39,530 nt of DNA from Macrostomum lignano (Eukaryota), in NCBI GenBank assembly GCA_002269645.1, contig NIVC01003301.1, positions 1 through 39,530 on the forward strand, in the 5' to 3' direction. Under the pieces are notes generated by a model, which ran no database searches, had not been told where the DNA came from, and saw only the letters and a list, made by a program, of their open reading frames with translations. Within the stretch, counting starts at the first letter, position 1; every line of letters begins with the position of its first letter. The position numbers and the translations under genes are program-made. Shown here piece after piece: positions 1 to 8,997 of the stretch.

Positions 1-160
1 GGATTTGAAATCGAGATGAGGGGATAGGAAGATATTGGAAAATGGCTGAGACCTGAGGCCTGAGAATGATAAATAGGCCACCCAATGTCCTGCGCAGCCT
101 TCCTGCGAGCGCTGTACAATTGTCAGTGTCGCAGGTTTAGAAGTCAGGCCGCCAAACAGC

Positions 161-207
161 ATGTTCAGGCCGCAGCTCAGAAACAGCCGCAGGAATGCCA
201 GCATAAT

Positions 208-239
<32 letters not shown>

Positions 240-503
240 CGCAACAAAATCAACGGCCGAGCCAAAAGGAGCAAACACTGAGGAGCGAACACCAGCGAGC
301 AGCTTTGCGAAGCAGATCGACGAGTCATATGCTTGACTGTTGTTGCTCCCACTTGCATTTCAACAGCTGCTGCCGCTGCTGCTGCTGTTTTTGTGAATGC
401 AACTTGCACCAAGTCTGCCACGGTTGCATCGGTGCCTGCACAAACTGCTCCAACATCTGCTTCTGCGACAGCGAGACTGGAAGCAATTGTGCCCAGTGCT
501 CAA
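161..503 (+). CDS. Possible first coding exon of the Kv3/Shaw gene (polyQ plus Cys-rich frame), or an exon of unresolved frame
   Basis: ATG at 161 opens MFRPQLRNSRRNASIMQ10P...; donor CAA|GTTAGT at 504. In this frame the donor is phase 1, matching the phase-1 acceptor at 1830. An Ala/Thr-rich alternative frame (333-503, phase 0) is equally open. Confidence 0.3.
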
Positions 504-530
504 GTTAGTCCTGCCTTTTTGCTAACTCTT

Positions 531-1164
531 AGTCAGTCAGTGCTAACTCTTAGTCAGTCAGTGAGTCAGTCAGTCAGTGAGTCAGTGAGTCAGTCAGTCA
601 GTCAGTCAGTCAGTCAGTCAGTCAGTCAGTCAGTCAGTCATAGTCAGTCAGTCAGTCAGTCAGTCAGTCAGTCAGTCAGTCAGTCAGTCAGTCAGTCAGT
701 CAGTCAGTCAGTCAGTCAGTCAGTCAGTCAGTCAGTCAGTCAGTCAGTCAGTCAGTCAGTCAGTCAGTCAGTCAGGTCAGTCAGTCAGTCAGTCAGTCAG
801 TCAGTCAGTCAGTCAGTCAGTCAGTCAGTCAGTCAGTCAGTCAGTCAGTCAGTCAGTCAGTCAGTCAGTCAGTCAGTCAGTCAGTCAGTCAGTGAGTGAG
901 TGAGTGAGTCAGTCAGTCAGTCAGTCAGTCAGTCAGTCAGTGAGTCAGTCAGTCAGTCAGTCAGTCAGTCAGTCAGTCAGTCAGTGAGTGAGTGAGTCAG
1001 TCAGTCAGTCAGTCAGTCAGTCAGTCAGTCAGTCAGTCAGTCAGTCAGTCAGTCAGTCAGTCAGTCAGTCAGTCAGTCAGTCAGTCAGTCAGTCAGTCAG
1101 TCAGTCAGTCAGTCAGTCAGTCAGTCAGTCAGTCAGTCAGTCAGTCAGTCAGTCAGTTAGTCAG
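531..1164. repeat. (CAGT)n tetranucleotide microsatellite, ~630 bp
   Basis: Directly visible, with a few GAGT variants. Preceded by a 23-nt duplication (tgctaactcttagtcagtcag..). Confidence 0.99.
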
Positions 1165-1830
1165 CACGAGAGCGCAGGGCCCGAAGCGATGACAGGGGGC
1201 TTCGCCAGAACAGGCAGCCCACTCTTCTATTTGCAGCGCCTGCAGTCGGGAACCCAGCCCAGTCCTGCATGTTTAACAGACTTGGCTAGCAAAAATTATC
1301 ATTCCTTCAGCGCAGTAGTCTCGGTAAAATGCTGCCCCATTAGCCTAGTAAGCCTTTACAAGCTTTTTAGAAGAAAGCCTTTAGAAGAAGGACTGCCCTC
1401 TCGGTGCGTTAAAAGGACCCTTTGGCCGGCAGAAGATATCGAGTCTGACACTTTGGGCGCTAATTCGAGACACTACTGCAAACGAATGCTGCATGCGGAT
1501 TCCAACTACAATAAATCTCCACGGAGACTGCAGAATGCCATGCATATAGCTATAGGGTTAAGTCTAACCCGCACAGGGCCCCAACTCCCAACTCTCCCTG
1601 CTTGCCTCTCCCGTCTCTCAGTGGGATTGGACCTCGCCTCCAGCCTCCTCCTCCTCCATTCCTGACAACTTTTCGCCCTGATATCAGCGCCAGTTCATTG
1701 GGCCGCTAGGCGGATTGTCGGCAAGGAAACAAAAATAGCTCCAATAGCTTGCCAACTCTGTCGCGGAATAAACGTTCTAAAAAGCGTTCTGTAAGAATCC
1801 TCAGACGAAACCTCTTCTAACCGAATTCAG

Positions 1831-2012
1831 TCAGCAGCTTCCGAGAACGACGCCGGGCAGACTCGGAAGACCGAGACGCTGAAAACGACCAGCAGGCGAT
1901 CGGCAACCAGAGCAACCCTCTTGACGGAGCAGCGGAACAGCGGCCAAGACGCCATCGCCGCTGTCATCGACGCCGGGGAACAACTACAGCGGCTGGAGCC
2001 ACAGACTCTGGC
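1831..2012 (+). CDS. In-frame 5' extension of the Kv3 T1 exon
   Basis: The frame of ATG 2013 is open back to a TAA at 1818-1820 with no ATG. Branch-point-like TTCTAAC at 1815-1821 and acceptor TTCAG| at 1830. Reads (x)SSFRERRRADSEDRDAENDQQAIGNQSNPLDGAAEQRPRRHRRCHRRRGTTTAAGATDSG. Confidence 0.55.
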
Positions 2013-2657
2013 ATGTCCATAGCGCCGGCTGTTTCTGCGGCCGCAGCAATGGTCGCTGGCACTGCAGTGGCCTCGATGGCGGCGGCTCGCGCTGGCTCGC
2101 TGGCCAAGGCGGGCAGCATCGCGCCCGGCCGCCCGCCGCCGCCGGAGAACCGCATCGTCATCAACGTCGGCGGCGTCCGCTTCGAGACGTACAAATCCAC
2201 GCTGAAGAACATCCCGGACACGCGGCTGGCCTGGCTAACGGAGACCACGTCAACTAACAATGCCGATTTCGACCCGGACACTGGCGAGTACTTCTTCGAC
2301 AGGCACAGCGGCGTGTTCGCAATGATCCTCAACTACTACCGCACCGGCCGGCTGCACACCCCCATGGACATCTGCGGCCCCATGTTCGAGGAGGAGCTGG
2401 CCTACTGGGGCATCGACGAGAAGCAGATGGAGTCCTGCTGCTGGACCACCTACCGGACCCACCGGGACGCGCAGGAGACCCTCGCTGAGCTGAACGGCGG
2501 CGAACTGTCTGACGATGACGACGACGACGGTGAGAATGACACGGCGAAGAAGTTCGGCATCGAAGAGGCCGCCGCGCCTGAGCTCACCTGGTGGCAGCGC
2601 TGCCGGCCCAGGGCCTGGGCCTGGCTGGAGGGGCAGGGAGTCGGAGTGCCCGGGAAG
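2013..2657 (+). CDS. Shaw: Voltage-gated K+ channel, Shaw/Kv3 (KCNC) family: T1 tetramerisation-domain exon
   Basis: RIVINVGGVRFETYKSTLKNIPDTRL...EYFFDRHSGVFAMILNYYRTGRLH and the HX5CX20CC Zn motif (HTPMDIC...ESCCW) of non-Shaker T1 domains. Donor AAG|GTGAGA at 2658, phase 0. Confidence 0.96.
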
Positions 2658-2661
2658 GTGA

Positions 2662-2985
2662 GACTGACTGACTGACTGACTGACTGACTGACTGACTGAC
2701 TGACTGACTGACTGACTGACTGACTGACTGACTGACTGACTGACTGACTGACTGACTGACTGACTGACTGACTGACTGACTGACTGACTGACTGACTGAC
2801 TGACTGACTGACTGACTGACTGACTGACTGACTGACTGACTGACTGACTGACTGACTGACTGACTGACTGACTGACTGACTGACTGACTGACTGACTGAC
2901 TGACTGACTGACTGACTGACTGACTGACTGACTGACTGACTGACTGACTGACTGACTGACTGACTGACTGACTGACTGACTGACT
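2662..2985. repeat. (GACT)n = (ACTG)n microsatellite, ~81 units
   Basis: Perfect array starting 4 nt inside the intron. It is the reverse complement of the (CAGT)n array at 531-1164. Confidence 0.99.
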
Positions 2986-4755
2986 AATCTATTGCATGAA
3001 CACTATGGCACTTTGGCTCAGACAACGGTGCAGCACTAAGTTTTGTGCAGTTGTTGACACGAACATGCGAACAGCAGTTGTGAAGGGAAATAACATTTTA
3101 GCTCTGATGAAGTTAATCCCTGCAATTTATCTTCACGTTCTAGGTGGGGGGACGTTGGCATTCCTTTCATTGAGATTTGCGCGTGTCAATGTTGTTTACT
3201 TTGTCAGCAGTGCTATTGCAGTAGTGAGTCAACGACAACAGTATCTGCCATCTCCGCGCGGAGTGGAATGGGGCTAGGAACAACTGTCAAACAAAGGTCG
3301 ACGCGTGCGTCCGGAGTGTGTCCGGCCCCGCCACTCCGGGCTTGCAGCGGGGTGGAACAGGTCGCGGACGACCCAAAAGGCGCCGCGAAAATTGGGATAA
3401 AAGAAGCGTTTGCATTATGCATGCCAAGGAGATCCTCGGTGGTTGAGTCTGTTTTAGAGCAAAAAAACTCTCTAGCTGGGTCCGTCTTTATCCGCCGCAG
3501 GAGCTGGCAGGGGCGGCCCCAGGAGGAGGCGAAGGCGTGGCCTGAGCGGGATATTTTTATACGGGCGGATCCGGGAAGAGAAGGAGCTGCTGATGACGAG
3601 AAGCGGGAAGCTGACAGTGAATTGAGGAACTGGGTTGCAGGGGGCGGTGGGGGCTGAAGCCTCTCAGTAGGCAGAGAAACCTGACACACACCTCCGCCTC
3701 ATCATCCATTCTAGAGGCTGAACTGTCCAACTCCGTGGGTGACTGGGTCCTGAGTAGCAACTGATGTCCAAAATTCCCATGGATAAGCTGAAAACGAGGG
3801 ATTTTTTCTGAGAAAAAAGCACCAAAGATTTGCCGGTGTTTCTTGTTCAGCTGCCACATTTCGCTAGTGGTGGCGGCGAGGTCTGCCATTTGCTTTACTT
3901 TGAAGCAGTCTTCTATGAGTAAAAACTTGACTAATTAATCTTTACCTGCCGACGACAGGCCTTCGACTTGAAGCTTGAAGCTAAAGAAAAAAATGGTTGA
4001 AAATTGAAAAATTTACAGACTATAGAAACAAATTGTTAGAATTGTGGCTTCCGCAACGGAAACAGAGTATTGCGGCTAGCCGACAGAGGGGCGCAGAAGG
4101 GCATCAAGGAAGTTAAAGAAAAGCGAAAGAAAGCAGAAAAATTCGATTTTTTTCGGTTTCTACAGCGCCGGATGCCTGGGCTGGAAAAGTTAGCTGAAGT
4201 GAATTCTGTCGAGAATGAAGCAACACAAACGGCAAGTAATCGTCTACCTGGCCCTTGCGCGTCTCTGCTATGCAGATTCAGCCTCTCGTGTTGCATTCCA
4301 CCCCCCCCCTTGTGCAGCATGGCCAGTCAGATTGGGGTTGACATATTCGTCTGAAGTCAATGCGCAGTGTCTGTCATCCGCGGTGCATGAGGCGAACTGC
4401 ACTGCAATGCTAACTGAGGCACACTTGACTGCAGTTGATGCAAGCCATTTGTGGCAAGCCGGGTCTGATTTTAATCACTATATGGGATGTGAAGTGCTGC
4501 TGTTGCCGGGGACAGACATTCAACCCTTAAGTATAGGCAGAACAATGCCCTTGAGGCCTGTTCACACAGCCATTAAACCACGCGGCTGATGTACGAGTTG
4601 AAGACAACGGAACATCATGGCTGCTTTACAGAGTGTACGTGCCCGACGATTAGATTGCAGCGCTGGTTTCGGAACGATGTCGCATGAAGGCATTGCGCCC
4701 GCAGCATTCCTGCAGTTATTATTGTCATAGTTAAACTTTCGCAACTCGCTTCCAG

Positions 4756-4922
4756 ATTCTGGCAACAGTGTCCGTCCTGTTCATCCTGGCGTCCATTGTC
4801 ATTTTTATGGTGGAAACCCTGCCGAGTGTGCGAACAGTTCGACCAGAATCGAATGTGAGCAACTGCACGGGACTGACTGTGTCGGATTGTCTCAGGCAGA
4901 CTACCCTCACGCGGCTATACAG
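4756..4922 (+). CDS. Shaw: Kv3 exon with S1 and the S1-S2 loop (contains a frame break)
   Basis: Acceptor TTCCAG| at 4755; ILATVSVLFILASIVIFMVETLP is S1; donor CAG|GTAATC at 4923. The 3' end reads ADYPHAAIQ (Shaw-like PH motif) in a different frame. Length 167 nt is not a multiple of 3. Confidence 0.88.
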
Positions 4923-5004
4923 GTAATCATGTTTGTGAATAGTATGCAGTACCGTATGCTCATTGTGTTTTTGCTATTTCAGACGTGATAAAATTGCTTC
5001 GAAT

Positions 5005-5528
5005 GGCCCTCTCTATCCGGCCCTCTCTAAAGAGCCTCTCTATCCGGCCCTCTCTAAAGAGCCTCTCTATCCGGCCCTCTCTAAAGAGCCTCTCTATCCG
5101 GCCCTCTCTAAAGAGCCTCTCTATCCGGCCCTCTCTAAAGAGCCTCTCTATCCGGCCCTCTCTAAAGAGCCTCTCTATCCGGCCCTCTCTAAAAAGCCTC
5201 TCTATCCGGCCCTCTCTAAAGAGCCTCTCTATCCGGCCCTCTCTATCCGGCCCTCTCTATCCGGCCCTCTCTAAAGAGCCTCTCTATCCGGCCTTCTCTA
5301 AAAAGCCTCTCTATCCGGCCCTCTCTAAAGAGCCTCTCTATCCGGCCCTCTCTAAGGAGCCTCTCTATCCGGTCCTCTCTAAGGAGCCTCTCTATCCGGC
5401 CCTCTCTAAAGAGCCTCTCTATCCGGCCCTTTCTAAAGAGCCTCTCTAAGAGCCTATCCGGCCCTCTCTATCCGGCCATCTCTATCCGGCCCTCTCTAAA
5501 GAGCCTCTCTAAGAGTCTATCCGGCCCT
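5005..5528. repeat. 27-bp minisatellite (ctctctatccggccctctctaaagagc)n
   Basis: About 17-19 copies visible, degenerate at the 3' end. Source of the EPLYPALSK repeat ORFs. Confidence 0.97.
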
Positions 5529-5585
5529 CGGGGTCTTTTGAAACTTCACTATAGCGATCAGGCCCGCTCAATGTTTACGAGCTAT

Positions 5586-5904
5586 ATCTCTCTTCTCAGC
5601 GCTCTTCTGTCTAATCTCCTCTCTACTCTCTTCCTCTCTCCTCTCCTTTTCTTTCCTCCCTTCTCCTCTCGTCTCCGCTCCTCTCTCCTCTTATCCTCAT
5701 CGATCTCTATCCTCTCTTCTCTCTCCTCCTCTCTCCTCCTCTCCTCTCTCCTCTTCTCTCCACTCCTCTCTTCTCCTTTATTCTCTCGCCTCTTATCTCC
5801 CTTCTCTCTTATTTATTCCATCTCCTCTCTCCCCTCCTCCAGCCCGCAGTCATTATCTAAGTTCTCTATCTGGCCCTTGAGGTAAAAAAGTTTGCCAACC
5901 CCTT
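5586..5904 (-). mobile_element. hAT-like non-autonomous element end plus GA/CT-rich tract
   Basis: Minus strand reads AGGGGTTGGCAAACTTTTTTACCTCAAGGGCCAGAT..., resembling hAT/Charlie-type termini (CAGGGGTNGGCAAAC). A similar sequence lies at 35091. Confidence 0.55.
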
Positions 5905-6259
5905 GCTTAAAGTCTTCAAGCACTTGTACTTTTGTGCAAGATGCAATGGGTACAGATGTCGTGAGCTGAGCTGTATACTCATTTCGCTGATCACTGAGCA
6001 CTCACACGAATAAGTGCTCAGACTCACAACTCACACAGTGTACTGTTTTTGTATCATTGCCAGGCAGTGTAGGCGAGATCTGTGCGTTCCGCAATAATCC
6101 CCAAGACCAATTTCTTTGCAAAAGAACCAAGTGTAATGTGCTGCGATCGAGAGTCAGTCTGAGCATACTCCTGCATTAAAATGAAGCAACTATGAGATTT
6201 GTGAAGCAGACACAATAAATTTGTCCAGGATTCGGGACACCGTTGCCCAGCACGCAGCA

Positions 6260-6605
6260 ATTTTACCTGTTAATACCCTGGTATTGCGCCGAGCTTGCAC
6301 TTATGCAGAGGCTACTCCTGATCCTGTTTCCGAAGCTAAACAATGTCATGCACGATTAGTGACCAGGATGCCATAAACTTATTAGGATCCTTAACAAGGT
6401 TACCTCAATTACGTACCCAGCTAATGCTGGCACCCATTTTACAGCTGGGGAACTGAAGCAACGCATAACCTTTAAGTGTCTTGCTCAAGGACACATATTG
6501 TTCAGATTCCAAGTGGAGTCACATTAATTTGGGGCTGAATTGGAATCTCGGCTTGGCTCTGCTCGTGCAATTAACGGCCTTGAGAGCCAACCACCCAAGG
6601 CGCAG
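6260..6605 (-). mobile_element. CORE-type SINE (MIR-like core)
   Basis: 6431-6495 (cccattttacagctggggaactgaagc...ttaagtgtcttgctcaaggacaca) matches the reverse complement of the MIR/CORE domain as I recall it (cccattttacagatgaggaaactgaggc...ttaagtaacttgcccaaggtcaca). Boundaries approximate. Confidence 0.7.
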
Positions 6606-6699
6606 TGAAGTGTACATGCCTAACGATAAAATAAAGTTAGGGCCTCTGTACACTCCTGTGCATTTGCCTGGCATATGCATTTAGTAAAACAGCTTTCTA

Positions 6700-7020
6700 C
6701 TTTCAGTTCAGTAGCAAAGAAGAATACATAAGCTGGCAGCTGAAATGACTTTGATAAGTTTAGACGCCCAATCTCGCATTCGTAAACAACTTGCCAATTG
6801 GTTCAGCCATAATGTACATTGGCCAATCCAACTGAAATGTACATGGCAGCTTTAGGCTGGAATTCCGTGAAAAGCAATAAAAATTGGGGCGGGGCGGGGG
6901 TGGGTAGTGTGGAAAGGCGCGATTGGAGGGTTCAAGCTGGGGTTGAGCCAATAAAATTAGCCTTAGCTTTAAAAATACGTTTAAACGCTACTTCAGTTTA
7001 ACTTGCTACTGAACTGAAAG
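6700..7020. mobile_element. MITE, probably Tc1/mariner type, 321 bp
   Basis: Perfect inverted repeat TCTACTTTCAGTTCAGTAGCAA (6696-6717) / TTGCTACTGAACTGAAAGTAGA (7003-7024). Can be read as TA target sites at 6698-6699 and 7021-7022. Confidence 0.85.
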
Positions 7021-7140
7021 TAGATTGCATGGAAATGTGCTGAATGGCCCATCTAGCTATTCTAATACCTGTGCCTAGACCCAAAAATTTATAATTAAGG
7101 CCAATGCCTAATACAATACCCACCAACGCCTTTACTGCAG

Positions 7141-7612
7141 GTATTCGACATAGTCATAACGTTCTACTTCACTCTGGAGCTGCTCGCTCGAATACTGTTC
7201 TGCCCGCAAAAGGGAGAATTTTTCAAATCGGTGCTCAACTGGATCGACATCGTTGCCGTGTTTACGGCCTACGTGTCCTATGTCGTATTTTACGCAATGC
7301 CGCCCGACTCAACGGTGGTCGCACTGCAGATACTGAAAGTGCCCAGAATATTTCGCATCTTCAAACTGACCAGACACTTCTCCGGATTGAAAATCCTTGT
7401 GCACACGATGAAGGCCTCCTCCAGAGAGCTGATGCTCTTGGCTATAGTCTTTGCCATATTTGTCATTCTGTGTGGAACTGCCGTGTTCATCTGCGAGCAG
7501 TTCGTTGAGACGCACGCCAACGAGTTCACTACCATACCCATCGGCTTCTGGTGGGCTCTGGTCACCATGACAACGCTTGGATACGGAGACGTTGTGCCTA
7601 AATCACTGCCAG
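7141..7612 (+). CDS. Shaw: Kv3 exon: S2, S3, S4, S5 and pore loop
   Basis: Acceptor CTGCAG| at 7140. VFDIVITFYFTLELLARILFCP...NWIDIVAV...LKVPRIFRIFKLTRHFSGLKIL...FWWALVTMTTLGYGDVVP. Donor G|GTTCGG at 7613, phase 1. Confidence 0.97.
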
Positions 7613-7703
7613 GTTCGGCTGGGGGTTGAATTTTACAGTTTCATTGTAACAGCCCACAAATGATTACAGGTGATTCTGCCACCCTAAGAGTTCAACCACT
7701 CGT

Positions 7704-8286
7704 GCCTCTACCCCATGCCTCCACCCCATGCCTCTGCCCCCACGTCTCTACCCCACGTCTCTACCCCCACGTCTCTACCCCCACGTCTCTGCCCCCACGT
7801 CTCTGCCCCCACGTCTCTGCCCCCACGCCTCTGCCCCCACGTCTCTACCCCACGTCTCTGCCCCCACGCCTCTGCCCCACGTCTCTACCCCCACGTCTCT
7901 GCCCCCACGTCTCTACCCCCACGTCTCTGCCCCCACGTCTCTACCCCAATGCCTCTACCCCACGCCTCTACCCCAATGCCTCTGCCCCCACGTCTCTACC
8001 CCACGCCTACTCTACCCTAATGCTTCTACCCCAATGCCTCTACCCCAATGCCTCTACCCCAATGCCTCTACCCCAATGCCTCTACCCAATGCCTCTACCC
8101 CAATGCCTCTACCCCAATGCCTCTACCCCAATGCCTCTACCCCAATGCCTCTACCCCAATGCCTCTACCCCAATGCCTCTACCCCAATGCCTCTACCCCA
8201 ATGCCTCTACCCCAATGCCTCTACCCCAATGCCTCTACCCCAATGCCTCTACCCCAATGCCTCTACTCCAACGCCTCTACCCAATG
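7704..8286. repeat. 14-bp C-rich minisatellite; unit changes from cccccacgtctct(a/g) to cctctaccccaatg
   Basis: Directly visible; ~40 units. Confidence 0.96.
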
Positions 8287-8997
8287 CATATACCATTTAT
8301 TCGGTCGACATTAGGTCGATTTTATCTCATGAAAGTTGAGCTTGAAGTACAGAAGCTATCTGGAAAATGTTTGCCATTGTATTGGTATCGCAGACTCACT
8401 ATATATGCTTACTTATTAAAAATTGTCGTCTTAAAACAGTCAACAGCCGTCGAGCAATCCTCACCTCACGATAGGTCACTCACTAGAAATGCGATTCACT
8501 GATTCAATCTTGAAGAAGCTCACAAATTTAATTACAGTTGAATCAGCGACTCGGTTTCCGGGTAGACGGGAGAATTACTCGAATTTCTCGGCCGAGCTGT
8601 CAGGATTTGAATTGAAAATGCTCCCGATTGCGTGTCCGTGACCCTGCCCGGTGGCAGATCCTGTGAAAGGGGGAAGGCTTGACGCCGGATTAAAAAGTTT
8701 TTGAAGTACAATTTGTACTTTCTTAATCAAAGTCCATGCGCTAGGCAGCTGTCTATAGCATTATCCGGGACAGACAGACAGGCGTGTTAAATAATCCTAA
8801 CGGCACTTTGCTTCAGTTGAATCAGCGGCTGAGACAATTTTAGGCAAAGAAATCTGAAAGCAGATAAAAATAAGATTTTTCAATTTGTATTTTACTGACA
8901 GATTATTTTAAGCCGCAGAGGCTGGAACTTAACTTTTGAATAATTTTCGGGCATTGGTGGATTGAGCATTGGGCATTTGTCGCCGAAAGGGGTCCCC

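Noticed and set aside
1830-1850. VSSFRERR resembling the vertebrate Kv3.3/3.4 inactivation peptide (VSSFRGR)
   Set aside because: Only 4-5 residues match and that peptide is, as far as I know, vertebrate-specific; probably chance.
1964-2462. Minus-strand ORFs over the T1 exon, and those at 7290-7568 and 9621-10052
   Set aside because: Antisense shadows of channel exons.
5995-6022. 9-bp hairpin CTGAGCACT/AGTGCTCAG
   Set aside because: Short isolated stem, expected by chance in 40 kb; no associated element ends.
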